Positions 1-9,188 of a DNA stretch of 64,000 nt are shown piece after piece (position 1 is the first letter of the stretch; every line of letters begins with the position of its first letter). The translations under genes and the position numbers were made by a program. The notes under the pieces are model-generated. The model was not told the origin of the DNA. It saw only the letters and a list, made by a program, of their open reading frames with translations, and ran no database searches. Source of the DNA: a virus. Its lineage: Duplodnaviria; Caudoviricetes. The DNA lies in IMG/VR virus record IMGVR_UViG_2873063797_000001, positions 25,659-89,658 of that record; one strand, given 5' to 3'.

Positions 1-133
1 CCGTCGATCCGGCTGCGTGTCCCCACGACGATGTCATCGACGTCACCGAGATGGGGCAGGCGCGCGACATGGGCCTGTGTGAGCGCTGCGGCGCCGGGAT
101 GGTTGCCGACGACGAAGGAGGATGGCAGCGTCC

Positions 134-427
134 ATGACAGAAGAACCAGAGGAGGGGACGTACGAGCCGGTCATGCTGATCGTGCTCGCCAAGAGCAACG
201 GCGGCCCCTACGACGACGCAGCCGTAGTAGCCGGGATGACGTGCGGCGCCCTGGAGAAGGAACTCGCCATGACGGCGGCCTTGAACACGCTGCCTCACGA
301 GCGGTACATCGACGGCCCTCTGATCAAGCAGACGGATCTCATCGCCATGCGGCACGGGTACAAGCTCGTCGTGGGCGAGGTCGACGAGGCGTCCGGCTGG
401 CAGCACGTGGCGTTCGACTGGGCGTAG
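134..427 (+). CDS. hypothetical protein
   Basis: ORF with normal amino-acid composition and AAGGAGG upstream; start could be 122 or 134. Confidence 0.6.
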   Translation: MTEEPEEGTYEPVMLIVLAKSNGGPYDDAAVVAGMTCGALEKELAMTAALNTLPHERYIDGPLIKQTDLIAMRHGYKLVVGEVDEASGWQHVAFDWA

Positions 428-483
428 CGGGACCCCTTAGGCAGGGGGCAACACCGCGCCGGAATGTGCTGAGACTGAGGTGT

Positions 484-1251
484 ATGCCTCGCATACCCGC
501 ACGAACCCGCCCCCTCTGCACCCTCGGCGGGATACTCGCCGGCGTCCTCACCCTCACCGCCGCCACCCTCCCCACCCCCACCTACTCCGGGACCGGCTGG
601 AAAGCCCTCACCCAACACGGGATCTACAGCCTCCACCCCGGCCCGTACGACATCGTCTGGGCCGACACCACCGCCCGCACCACACTCACCCGGTACTTCA
701 AGCTGCCCGCAGCGCAGGTCACCCGGTCCGTCGGCGTCCGCATCAACATCACCACCACGCTCGACACCACGCCTCCGACCGCCTGCCCGGCCCGGCACCG
801 CATCGTCGTCCACTACACGCACCAGCCCATGGGCCAGCCCGGCATGAGCCAAGCCCTCCCCTGCCACGCCACCGGCAACAACTCCGCGTGGGGCGGGCAC
901 ATCCGCATGGACTCCGAGTACTGGACCGTGCCGACCTGGTTCGGGCCGTCCCCGACGGTGAACGAAGCCCGGAGGAAGGACGCGGCCGCGCACGAGCTGG
1001 GGCACATCCTCGGCCTCGACCACGCCAACACCGACATCGACCACGACGGGGTCGTGGAGGCCGGGGAGTGCGTCGCCAAGAACGGGCTGCGACCGTTGAT
1101 GTGCTCCCCGAACCGCGGCCTGCCACTGTCCAAGCCGGGCGGGGGCGCGGGCCCGTTCGTCCACACGCTGGAAGCCGGCCGGTTCTCCAAGGACTTCGAC
1201 CTGCCCGGCCTGCGGCAACTCCTCGCCAACTACACGCTGCGCCAGAGCTGA
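484..1251 (+). CDS. secreted zinc metalloprotease (metzincin, matrixin/M10-like)
   Basis: N-terminal basic-then-hydrophobic signal peptide; HELGHILGLDH = HExxHxxGxxH; downstream LMCSP Met-turn; start trimmed from ORF 31..1251. Confidence 0.85.
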   Translation: MPRIPARTRPLCTLGGILAGVLTLTAATLPTPTYSGTGWKALTQHGIYSLHPGPYDIVWADTTARTTLTRYFKLPAAQVTRSVGVRINITTTLDTTPPTACPARHRIVVHYTHQPMGQPGMSQALPCHATGNNSAWGGHIRMDSEYWTVPTWFGPSPTVNEARRKDAAAHELGHILGLDHANTDIDHDGVVEAGECVAKNGLRPLMCSPNRGLPLSKPGGGAGPFVHTLEAGRFSKDFDLPGLRQLLANYTLRQS

Positions 1252-1460
1252 GCTCGCGGTTCGGGGAACGGCTGTCAGTGGCGCGTGCCATGCTGAGCGT
1301 GGAACGTCTGCCGGGATCAGGCCGGGTCCGGGCAACCGCATCCCTCCCGCATCACGCCGCGCCCGTCGGGAATCACGCCGCAGCGGGGCAGAGGCCCCCG
1401 GAGACGTTCCCCGTCCGCCCCGCCCGCGCATCCCCCGTCGCGGCCGGGGCGGACGTACAT

Positions 1461-1646
1461 CTAGGCCTTCGGCGTCGGCAGCTCCCCCGGCTTCACCGGC
1501 ACCCGCTCCACTTCGGTCGCGCCGGCATCCTTCAGCACCTTCTCCTGCCGATCCGCGGACACCCTGTCGTAGGCGACAGCCGACGCCCGCCGGGTACCGC
1601 CCGGATCGGTCCACGTGAAGCCGAAGCTCTCCATCTTGATCGTCAT
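1461..1646 (-). CDS. small hypothetical protein
   Basis: C-terminal 61 aa of ORF 1461..1967 (MTIKMESFGFTWTDPGG...) has phage-like composition. Confidence 0.55.
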   Translation of the reverse strand: MTIKMESFGFTWTDPGGTRRASAVAYDRVSADRQEKVLKDAGATEVERVPVKPGELPTPKA

Positions 1647-1684
1647 ACCGGCATCCTGCCTGCTGCCACTGACAACGGCCTCTG

Positions 1685-2020
1685 CTACTCCCGCAGCCCC
1701 GGCTCGGGGTTGCATACCCCGCACATCTCCACGACCAGCGTCTCGTCCGCCAACGCCTCCCCCACCTCGTGCCGCTCGAGGTAGCCGTGCTCGCCCTTCC
1801 AGATCCCGCACCCGCCCCGGTGCAGCACCGACCGGCGATCCCGGGCCGGCTCCAGCTTCCACCGGGCCTCCGCATACGCACGCTGCGCCTGCCGCTTCGC
1901 CTGCTCCATCTCCGCCTCCAGGGTGCGGATCTTCGCCCGGGTGTTGTTCAGCTGCCAGGCCAGCCACTCCTCGAGGGCGTGCAGCTTCGCGAGACGTTCA
2001 TCCGGGGGCAGGTCGCTCAT
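1685..2020 (-). CDS. DUF6233-like protein (coiled coil plus H-x3-C...CxxC)
   Basis: LHRGGC...CGVCNP motif typical of this actinobacterial family; ATG 7 nt after TAGACT. Confidence 0.7.
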   Translation of the reverse strand: MSDLPPDERLAKLHALEEWLAWQLNNTRAKIRTLEAEMEQAKRQAQRAYAEARWKLEPARDRRSVLHRGGCGIWKGEHGYLERHEVGEALADETLVVEMCGVCNPEPGLRE

Positions 2021-2046
2021 ACGTTCGAGTCTACGGACACAAGAAA

Positions 2047-2084
2047 AAGGCCCGCCACCTGGGGTGAAACAGGTGGCGGGCCTT
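2047..2084 (-). terminator. intrinsic terminator
   Basis: Perfect 15-bp stem AAGGCCCGCCACCTG/CAGGTGGCGGGCCTT followed by a T-run on the minus strand. Confidence 0.8.
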
Positions 2085-2093
2085 CGGGGCGTA

Positions 2094-2441
2094 TCACGGA
2101 CGCGCTGCGGCGTACAGGGCTTCCACCTCGGCCTCGGCGGCATCCACGTGCGGGTTGTCGCGCAGGTGCCAGTAGTTCGCCGGCTCGTCCGGCAGCCACT
2201 TCAGGTGCCGCTCGTACAGGTCGAGACCGGCGGTCGTGGCGACGACGTCGCCGTCCTTCCGGCGGGCCAGGCCGCAGATCACGACGATACTCTCGTGCCA
2301 GTCGGCACCGAACAGGCTTTTCAGGTAGCGATGCCTGTCCACGTGTTCCTGGTCTGCCGCCTCCTCAATGAGGCCCCGCAGGATGGCCAGGGCATGGAGG
2401 ACGCTGATCCCTTTGGCATTTTCTGATCTCGCAGTCATCAC
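2094..2441 (-). CDS. hypothetical protein
   Basis: 115-aa ORF coupled to the upstream HTH gene by a 4-nt overlap. Confidence 0.6.
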   Translation of the reverse strand: MMTARSENAKGISVLHALAILRGLIEEAADQEHVDRHRYLKSLFGADWHESIVVICGLARRKDGDVVATTAGLDLYERHLKWLPDEPANYWHLRDNPHVDAAEAEVEALYAAARP

Positions 2442-2746
2442 TTGCCTCCCTTGCCCAGGGTGGGCTGCTTGTTCTGCTTCCCGGATTTGATGAGCTGGTC
2501 GACGAGCGCGATGGAGCTGCCGATCATCTCTGCGACCTGCTTGAGGGTGCGTCCTTCTTTGAGGCCGGCGACGGTTCGGGAGCGGTGGGCTTTGATTTCG
2601 CGGCCCATGTCAGGGAGGAGTTCCTCGAGTACGGTGCGTGCGGCCTGCTGGCGTTGTACGGGGTCTTCGATGGTGTCGAGGTCGTTGAGGACGGTGGTCG
2701 TGGTGTCGGTGATCTGGTGCCTGATCCGAGCGAGGGCGTCTTCCAT
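2438..2746 (-). CDS. HTH DNA-binding protein
   Basis: RTLKQVAEMIGSSIALVDQLI helix-turn-helix; ATG 6 nt after TACCCT. Confidence 0.7.
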   Translation of the reverse strand: MEDALARIRHQITDTTTTVLNDLDTIEDPVQRQQAARTVLEELLPDMGREIKAHRSRTVAGLKEGRTLKQVAEMIGSSIALVDQLIKSGKQNKQPTLGKGGK

Positions 2747-2775
2747 GGGATGAGGGTAGGCGCCCACCCAACCAA

Positions 2776-2819
2776 TTTCAAGGGGGGGCTTGACGTACTT
2801 CTAGACCCCCCTTTAAAGT
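2776..2819 (+). promoter_or_regulatory. promoter TTGACG-N18-TAAAGT embedded in a 15-bp imperfect inverted repeat (operator)
   Basis: TTTCAAGGGGGGGCT (2776-2790) and AGACCCCCCTTTAAA (2803-2817) between divergent genes. Confidence 0.65.
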
Positions 2820-2870
2820 GGAGTCATCGGAAAGCGGGACCGCCCCGCAACCCCACCCAAGGAGGACCCG

Positions 2871-3335
2871 ATGACCACCACCCGCCACCCCGCGATCCGC
2901 ACCCTCACCATCGCCGGCCAGCAGGTCACGGTCATCCCCATGACCACCACCGACCTCACCCACCACACCGAGGACATCGACGTCCTCGACCTCCCCAACG
3001 ACTACCACCACCTCGCCCCCCTCCGCGGCTGGAACATCTACGACGCCACCGGCCAGCACATCGGCCGGCTCTTCTCCCGCGGCGGCATCATGACCGCCGA
3101 GTGGTACGACGACATCGACGAGTTCGACTGGATCCTCGCCGAGTGGAACTGCCGCCGCATCGAACGCGGAATCCACCAGATCTTCCTCCTCCGTGACGAG
3201 CGCCTCCGTGCCGCCAAGCTGGCCGCACAGGCCAAGGTGCAGGAGCGCGAGGCTGCTTACCTTGTCGAGCTGGCCCACCAGGGCCTGACCCTCGACGAGG
3301 ACGGCCGCCAGGTCCCCCTCCACCTGGCAGCGTGA
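2871..3335 (+). CDS. hypothetical protein
   Basis: 154-aa ORF with AAGGAGG RBS, promoter upstream, terminator downstream. Confidence 0.75.
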   Translation: MTTTRHPAIRTLTIAGQQVTVIPMTTTDLTHHTEDIDVLDLPNDYHHLAPLRGWNIYDATGQHIGRLFSRGGIMTAEWYDDIDEFDWILAEWNCRRIERGIHQIFLLRDERLRAAKLAAQAKVQEREAAYLVELAHQGLTLDEDGRQVPLHLAA

Positions 3336-3345
3336 CCAACACCGC

Positions 3346-3377
3346 AAGGGCCCCACCCGCGTTCGGGTGGGGCCCTT
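3346..3377. terminator. bidirectional terminator hairpin
   Basis: Perfect 14-bp stem AAGGGCCCCACCCG/CGGGTGGGGCCCTT between convergent genes. Confidence 0.75.
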
Positions 3378-3393
3378 CGCTCTGGCACTCCGT

Positions 3394-4025
3394 CTACGCC
3401 GCACTCCCGTACTGGGGAAGCGTCTCCCGTACCCGGGCCGCCAGAGCGACCGCGGCGGGCTGTACCGGGCCCCTCCCGCCCGGCATGCCCGCCAACACAT
3501 CCACCAGCTGGTCCGCGCCGAGGACGTGCACGACGCGTTCCCACGCCGGCACCGGCACGTCCAGACGGCCCGTCCCGGCGACCGGGGAGCCGTGGACGAC
3601 GATCACCGGCATCACCATGCTGGCCGGCACCCCCAGCACAGCCGCAGTCCCCGACACGTACCCGGCGAACCTCACGATCTGCTCGTGCCGGTCCTGCGAC
3701 CCACAATGCACCCGACCCCGCACCAACGTCGTCGGACAGGGACGCCCCTCCCACGAACGCCGCCACTTCTTCGAGTCCAGCACGATCACCCCCAGACCGG
3801 AAGGAGGGATCAGCACGTGATCGAGGTTGAAGCGCCGGCCGGGCACGGCCAAGTCGTGAAGGACAGTCCACCCGGCCGGTAATCCGGTCAGGAGCTCCGC
3901 GGTCTCCTGCTCGCCGATGCTCCCCTGCTCCTGCCGCACCGCGGCCGCCTCGAGCCGCCTGTCCACGGTGTCGACGCCGCACGCAGCCGGGCGGCCTCAC
4001 GCGCCGTCGACCCACCCGCGGTCAC
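3394..4025 (-). pseudogene. NERD-domain nuclease-related protein, apparently frameshifted near the 5' end
   Basis: GEQETAELL...VLHDL...NLDHVLI...VLDSKKW NERD motifs in frame 3394..3966; the coupled GTG start at 4025 (overlapping the upstream TGA) is in a different frame, and the NERD frame has TGA at 3999-3997. Confidence 0.6.
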
Positions 4026-4240
4026 CGGCGGATCTCCAGACGCCAGAACATGAACGCCAGCATCGCCGCAGTCCCCAGGATCATCCCGGTGAAGAGGTTC
4101 CCCACCACGAGCAGGGTCTCGTCGATCCCGGGCCAGACCGCGGTCACTGCGAACGGCAAAGCGACCGGGATACCCGCCCCGATCACGACCAAGACCAGGC
4201 CCACGGTCCAGGAGGAAGCCTCCTCCAACCACGTGCGCAT
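4022..4240 (-). CDS. small membrane protein (2 TM)
   Basis: Two hydrophobic stretches; overlapping start/stop with both neighbours. Confidence 0.65.
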   Translation of the reverse strand: MRTWLEEASSWTVGLVLVVIGAGIPVALPFAVTAVWPGIDETLLVVGNLFTGMILGTAAMLAFMFWRLEIRR

Positions 4241-4638
4241 CAGCTCTGCTCCTTCAGTTCCGGCCTGTGCTTGCGGACGGCGTCCCAGAACCGGCGTGCT
4301 GCCTCGTCCGGGGTGTAGCCAGGCCCGTACTCCAGCCGTCCGTCGTCCAGGTGGATGGTGACGAGCGAACCGTTGGCGCCGTCGATGACGATCTGGGACG
4401 GCGGCAGCGTGAGGGCGCTGAACACGAGGCCGCTGCCCGCGTACAGGTCGCGGGCCGCTTCGGCGGCTTCGCCGACGATCCGTTCGTTGGCCGTGGTCCG
4501 CTGGTGCCCGGGGCAGATGAACGGGTAGTTCGGGTTCGGATCGACGCACAGGGCGCAGTCCTCGGCGTTGCCGTTGCAGCACCACGGGCCGTCGTCTGGT
4601 GCGGCGTCCAGGTCCTCGAAGGTGGGGCGGTCGGTCAC
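4240..4638 (-). CDS. hypothetical protein with N-terminal Cys cluster
   Basis: GTG start coupled to upstream stop; CC-x6-CxxC-x10-C. Confidence 0.65.
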   Translation of the reverse strand: MTDRPTFEDLDAAPDDGPWCCNGNAEDCALCVDPNPNYPFICPGHQRTTANERIVGEAAEAARDLYAGSGLVFSALTLPPSQIVIDGANGSLVTIHLDDGRLEYGPGYTPDEAARRFWDAVRKHRPELKEQS

Positions 4639-4874
4639 GGGGTGGTCCTTTCGGTGGGGTGGGGTCGGGCGTGGGCGCGGCGGGGCCGGCCGCGGCGGGC
4701 ACGGTGCACGGCCGTCTCCACGACCAGGGCGAGGGCGACGGAGATCAGGGTGCAGACGATGACCGCGCCCGGTGACAGGGCGCGGGATTCGGTGAGGGTG
4801 AGCCATCCGAAGGCGGTACCGAGGGCTATGCCGCCGACGAGGACGGCCTGGGCGAGGAGCGGGGGTATACGCAC
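4635..4874 (-). CDS. small membrane protein
   Basis: Two hydrophobic segments and a basic tail; GGGAGG RBS. Confidence 0.6.
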   Translation of the reverse strand: MRIPPLLAQAVLVGGIALGTAFGWLTLTESRALSPGAVIVCTLISVALALVVETAVHRARRGRPRRAHARPHPTERTTP

Positions 4875-4936
4875 GGGCCCTCCCGGGGCGTGATCGGTCT
4901 TTCCCGCCGGTGCGGGTGTCTAAGATGCCCGGATTT

Positions 4937-5275
4937 TCAGGCGTGTCGACGGGGCGTCAATCCCTCCTTCGACGGCTTCATCTCGTACGCCCGACGCGGA
5001 GCCCGCAGCTCCACCTCATCGGGCCGGATCAAACCCCTCACCAGGGCCATCGCAACCGCGTTCTCCCGGTTCTTCGCTCCCAGCCGGCGGTACACCTCCC
5101 GCCAGTAGTCGTTGACGGTGTGCGGAGACAGGAACAGCAGCTCAGCGATCTCTCGACTGGCGTGGCCGTTCGCGGCAAGCCGGAGCAGGGCCAGATGCTG
5201 GGGGAACAAGTGCAGGGGTGAAGGAGCGGGCCCGCTCCCCGAGAGGTGCGGGCCCGGTCGTGCAGGAGCGGTCAT
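4937..5275 (-). CDS. LuxR-type HTH protein (standalone)
   Basis: LLRLAANGHASREIAELLFLSPHTVNDYWREVYRRLGAKNR. Confidence 0.85.
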   Translation of the reverse strand: MTAPARPGPHLSGSGPAPSPLHLFPQHLALLRLAANGHASREIAELLFLSPHTVNDYWREVYRRLGAKNRENAVAMALVRGLIRPDEVELRAPRRAYEMKPSKEGLTPRRHA

Positions 5276-5829
5276 GCGGCCACCCCGTACTCCTCGAGGA
5301 CAGCCGCAGACGGCAGGTACAGCGGATGCCGCGGCTGCCCGGTAGCCGTACGGCCCAGGCAGTGCACGGTCACGCCCCGGGCCCGCAGAATGCCCGTCAC
5401 CGCATCCGCGCGGCCGCCTTGGACGCCAGCAGCACCCCAGGCGGCTATCACCCGGTGCGCGCCCGCGACGGTGCGGCGGATGAACGCGTCGTTGACGGGG
5501 CCGACGGGTTCGGGATGTCGGGTGAGGGCGCGGGGGTCGGCGGAGCGCAGCGCGAACAGGTTCACGACGATCAGACCGCCGGCGCCCTCCCGGACGGCGA
5601 AGGACCGGCAACGCCGGATGGTCGCATCGTCCGTCATCGCGTCCGCCGTGGACGGGTTCAGCATCACGTACACGACCGGCGGCACCGTGGGGTCCCAGAT
5701 CCGGGTGAGGAGGTACCGGTACTCGCGGCGGCTGCTGTCGAACACGGCGGCGGCCAGACCGGTCGGGGTGGACTGCTGCTCTACGTGCACGGACAGTTCA
5801 GTGTCGGGGAGCATCTGAAGGACGGTCAC
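5272..5829 (-). CDS. DUF1643 family protein
   Basis: YRYLLTRIW...VMLNPSTADA..DD.TIRRC...NLFALRS.DP...WG...HPLY signature. Confidence 0.85.
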   Translation of the reverse strand: MTVLQMLPDTELSVHVEQQSTPTGLAAAVFDSSRREYRYLLTRIWDPTVPPVVYVMLNPSTADAMTDDATIRRCRSFAVREGAGGLIVVNLFALRSADPRALTRHPEPVGPVNDAFIRRTVAGAHRVIAAWGAAGVQGGRADAVTGILRARGVTVHCLGRTATGQPRHPLYLPSAAVLEEYGVAA

Positions 5830-6146
5830 GCGCCCACCGCCCGCCGGTACACGGCCAGCAGCCGCTCCATCGCCTCCACGTGCTCCAGGGCCTCGGCGGT
5901 CTGCCCGGCCTTGGTGAGGGCGTACGCCCACGCTGCGGAGTCCTGCACGGCGTCCATGTACGCGTGCGGGGACTCGTCGGCGGGGGCGGTCTCGGCCGGG
6001 GACGGGAGGGCGGACGGCTCTCCGGCGGCGGGTGTGCGGATTCCGTCGGCCACGTTGTCGAGGAGGTTCACGGCGTCGTCGTCGCGGCCGGTGGCTTCCA
6101 GCAGGCGGGCGGCGCGCACCATCTCGCTGGCGGCGATGTCGGTCAT
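5826..6146 (-). CDS. hypothetical protein
   Basis: Coupled ORF within the early operon. Confidence 0.65.
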   Translation of the reverse strand: MTDIAASEMVRAARLLEATGRDDDAVNLLDNVADGIRTPAAGEPSALPSPAETAPADESPHAYMDAVQDSAAWAYALTKAGQTAEALEHVEAMERLLAVYRRAVGA

Positions 6147-6697
6147 CGGACGGACTCCTTCGTGATGGTGGCGCACGGGAAGACCTCCGGGTAGGCGGCC
6201 TTCCAGTCCAGCCAGTGCTGCATGACGTCGTCGACGATCGTGTGGCGGAGGTCCATGACCTGCTCCAGCGACAGCGGGCCGGGGTGCTTGGCGTACTCGT
6301 ACTCGCCGCCGCGCACCTTAGGGCCGGAGGGGACGTAGGTGGGCCCGTACTGCCAGGAGCAGAGCCGGTAGCCCCAGTCGTCGGTGCCGTACTTGATGAA
6401 GACTGTGGTGTTGCAGCCGGAGTCGACGTCCAGCGGGCGTCGCAGCAGCTTCGCCTTGTAGCCCGCGTTGAACCAGTGGTGCTTGTACTCGTCGATGAAG
6501 CTGGAGAGCATCGCGGCCTCGGCGTCGGTGGGCCGTTCGGCGCTGCCCCAGCTGTACGGCCCGGCGTCAACGTCGATGTAGGCGGCGACGTACTTCCACT
6601 GCGGATTGAAGCTGGTGACGACCGGGATGCGCAGTGCGGTGAGCGGGTCGTGTTCGGCGGCATCGGTGCCGAACGGCCATGTCTGGGTGCTGGTCAT
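6143..6697 (-). CDS. hypothetical protein
   Basis: 184-aa aromatic-rich ORF, coupled at both ends. Confidence 0.75.
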   Translation of the reverse strand: MTSTQTWPFGTDAAEHDPLTALRIPVVTSFNPQWKYVAAYIDVDAGPYSWGSAERPTDAEAAMLSSFIDEYKHHWFNAGYKAKLLRRPLDVDSGCNTTVFIKYGTDDWGYRLCSWQYGPTYVPSGPKVRGGEYEYAKHPGPLSLEQVMDLRHTIVDDVMQHWLDWKAAYPEVFPCATITKESVR

Positions 6698-7134
6698 CGG
6701 CTGGTCTCCTTGGTGGCGCGTCGGGTGTAGGGGAGGCGTGCGGAAGCGCGGGAGAGCAGCCCCTCACGGGCCTGTACGGGCCGTACAGGCTGGGCGGGGG
6801 CCGCGGGGAGGCTGGTGACGGTGTCGGGGTGCCACAGCTCCACCCACACCCCGCCAGACCGCCACACCAGAACCGTCCGACCGGGCACGTCCACGTCCCA
6901 GAACGGGCGCAGGTCCCCCGACTGAGGCAGGGCCAGGTAGTAGTTCCCGGCGAACAGGCGGAGGGCGTGCGCGGCGCCGGGGCCGGCGACTTCCGCCGAC
7001 AGGACCGGCCTGCCGTCGGCCGCGGTGCGGGTTCGCCAGTCGGGGACGACGGCCTTCAGGTTGCGGTCGGTGGTGAACGACTGCCAGGCGTGGACGGCCT
7101 GGAGTCTCGCGGCGGTTACGGTGCTGTCGGGCAT
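6694..7134 (-). CDS. hypothetical protein
   Basis: C-terminal part of ORF 6694..7539 from MPDSTV; GAGAAGG upstream. Confidence 0.65.
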   Translation of the reverse strand: MPDSTVTAARLQAVHAWQSFTTDRNLKAVVPDWRTRTAADGRPVLSAEVAGPGAAHALRLFAGNYYLALPQSGDLRPFWDVDVPGRTVLVWRSGGVWVELWHPDTVTSLPAAPAQPVRPVQAREGLLSRASARLPYTRRATKETSR

Positions 7135-7265
7135 GGGGCCTTCTCGGGCTGGTTGGGATGGGGGGGGGCCGCCCGCCGGCTGCGATCGTGCGGGCGGCCC
7201 GAACAAGGGGCGGGGGGAGACCGCGCAATCCCCGTAGGGGGCGTGGGGGGCTGCGCCGATGGAAC

Positions 7266-7919
7266 TTAAGCGGCTGTTGCAGCGGACAGCGTGGAGGTGA
7301 TGGTCTGCTCGGCGGGCACGTCGTCCATGGCGCGGATCAGCTCGCACCCGGAGCACTCGCAGCGCCCGCGGCCCGTGACGCCACGTTCGGCGTGGAAGCT
7401 CTGACCGAGGTCGGTGATGAATCCGCGGAGCCGAAGAATTTCCTCCCGCTGCTTCTCCACTAGGCTGATCTCCGGATTCTGCCGCCGGGCCTCTTCCAGC
7501 TGACCCTGCCGGTGACCGACCAGACCGGACATCGCCCACTTGGCCCGCTCGGCAGCAGACTTCAGTTCGCGTGCCTGCTCGACAGGAACCCGGCCGTCGG
7601 GGAGTTCGGCGGCACGGTGGATGACGGCGTTGATGCTGTGCGCGGACTGGGCAACCAGGTGGCCGAGGTACATGCCAGCCCAGGCGATTCGGTCCTCGGC
7701 GGCGGCGCGCCGGGCTGCGGCGTACACGGACTGGTCGTGCTTGACCTGGTCCTGAAGCAGCGAGTTGTAGGCGTTCTCGTGACGACGGGACTCGTTCGCC
7801 CAGCGCTCTACTTCTCGGTTGAGTAGGTCGATGTCGGACAGATGGTTGACGTTCTCGCCGAGCCGGGCGTACTCGTCGCGGAGGGAGGCGGCCCTTTCGG
7901 ATGCGCTCATGGACGTCAT
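7266..7919 (-). CDS. coiled-coil hypothetical protein with C-terminal Cys motif
   Basis: 217-aa ORF; CECSGC near the C-terminus. Confidence 0.7.
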   Translation of the reverse strand: MTSMSASERAASLRDEYARLGENVNHLSDIDLLNREVERWANESRRHENAYNSLLQDQVKHDQSVYAAARRAAAEDRIAWAGMYLGHLVAQSAHSINAVIHRAAELPDGRVPVEQARELKSAAERAKWAMSGLVGHRQGQLEEARRQNPEISLVEKQREEILRLRGFITDLGQSFHAERGVTGRGRCECSGCELIRAMDDVPAEQTITSTLSAATAA

Positions 7920-7943
7920 GTGGGACGCCTTCCTGTGGTTGGT

Positions 7944-8057
7944 CTACTGGCCGTAGTGGTCGGACGGGTCGTCGGGTGCGCTGTCGCGGCTGGTGCAGGG
8001 CGTGCCGTGGATGCCGGCGGCCTTGTCTTCGGGGGTGGCGTCGCAGTCGCAGTGCAT
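7944..8057 (-). CDS. very small hypothetical protein
   Basis: 37-aa ORF directly after the upstream stop (TGACATG). Confidence 0.35.
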   Translation of the reverse strand: MHCDCDATPEDKAAGIHGTPCTSRDSAPDDPSDHYGQ

Positions 8058-8058
8058 G

Positions 8059-8508
8059 TCAGGCCGCCTCTGCCAGTACCGACTCGTCGACAAGGCCCAT
8101 CTCCCGCAGGAAGGCCCGCGCGTCGTCCACCATGCCGTCCACGTCCGTGCGGTCGTGGTCACCGGCCTGCCAGACCAGGAGCCACTGCCCGGGGTTGAGC
8201 CGGTAGTCGTCGGCCAGCTCGGGGTCCGTCTCCTCGGTGGTCGGGAGACGGAACACGTCCACGCCGTACTCGAGGTAGGCGTTCGGCTGCCGGGTGGCGA
8301 CGATCAGCGTGGTGTCGGTGGCGACGGTGGTGAGGATCTCCGCGTTGGGGGTGCCGATCAGGGCGAGGGCCTGGCGGGCGGTGCTGCGTTGGGCGGCTTC
8401 GGCTTCGTTGCGGGCCTGGATGTCGAAGAGTTCGCGCTTGCAGCCGTAGCACTCGGCGAGGAAAGGGCCGGCTTCGGGGTGGCGGCGGCAGGTCTGGTAG
8501 GTCGGCAT
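8059..8508 (-). CDS. hypothetical protein
   Basis: MPTYQTCRRH... with AGGGG RBS, directly downstream of a promoter. Confidence 0.75.
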   Translation of the reverse strand: MPTYQTCRRHPEAGPFLAECYGCKRELFDIQARNEAEAAQRSTARQALALIGTPNAEILTTVATDTTLIVATRQPNAYLEYGVDVFRLPTTEETDPELADDYRLNPGQWLLVWQAGDHDRTDVDGMVDDARAFLREMGLVDESVLAEAA

Positions 8509-8552
8509 GGAGTGCCCCCTGGTGGTTCGGGTGGTGTGTTGTCGGCCCTGCC

Positions 8553-8585
8553 ACTCTAACCCATATTCCATGGCGTACGCCATAG
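8553..8585 (-). promoter_or_regulatory. promoter TGGCGT-N18-TAGAGT with 18-bp operator CCATGG-N6-CCATAG (8568-8585)
   Basis: Same geometry and sequence as the elements at 14497-14529 and 29660-29692. Confidence 0.7.
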
Positions 8586-8657
8586 TTCTACAGGGATTCC
8601 CGGACACGAAGAAGGGGCCCAGCCCGAAGACCAGACCCCTCCACGCTCAACCGCGGC

Positions 8658-9173
8658 TCAGAACGGCGGGCTATCGTCCCCACCCGCCCACGCGCCGGCG
8701 GCCTGCGTACCCGGCACCCCCGACGCCCACGGATCCTCACGACCCTCCTGGGACGTCTTCCGCTTCGTCTCCTCGTACTGCTGACGCCCCTGCCCGCCAC
8801 CACCCGAGCTGGTCTTCTCCACCTTCGCCGTGGCGCTGCGGAGCGAAACGGCCACCTCGTCCGCCTCCATCTCATAGACCGTCCGCTTGACCCCCTGCTT
8901 GTCCTCGTAGGACCGCTGCGACAACCGGCCCTGCACCACCACCCGCATCCCACGCGTCAACGTCTCCCCGCAGTTCTCTCCCTGCTGACGCCACACCGAC
9001 ACCGGCAGGTACAGCGTCTGGCCGTCCTCCCACGCCTGCTTGTCCCGGTTGTACGTCCGCGGGGTCGAAGCGACGGTGAACTTGCAGACCCCCGCCCCGG
9101 ACGGCGTGTAGCGCAGGGACACCTGCTCGTCCACGACGTTGCCAACAACGGTGATCACGGTCTCGCCACTCAT
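8658..9173 (-). CDS. ssb: single-stranded DNA-binding protein
   Basis: ITVVGNVV...[20 protein letters not shown]...VVVQGRL.QRSYE; acidic DDSPPF tail. Confidence 0.95.
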   Translation of the reverse strand: MSGETVITVVGNVVDEQVSLRYTPSGAGVCKFTVASTPRTYNRDKQAWEDGQTLYLPVSVWRQQGENCGETLTRGMRVVVQGRLSQRSYEDKQGVKRTVYEMEADEVAVSLRSATAKVEKTSSGGGGQGRQQYEETKRKTSQEGREDPWASGVPGTQAAGAWAGGDDSPPF

Positions 9174-9188
9174 TTCAGCTCTCCTTCT

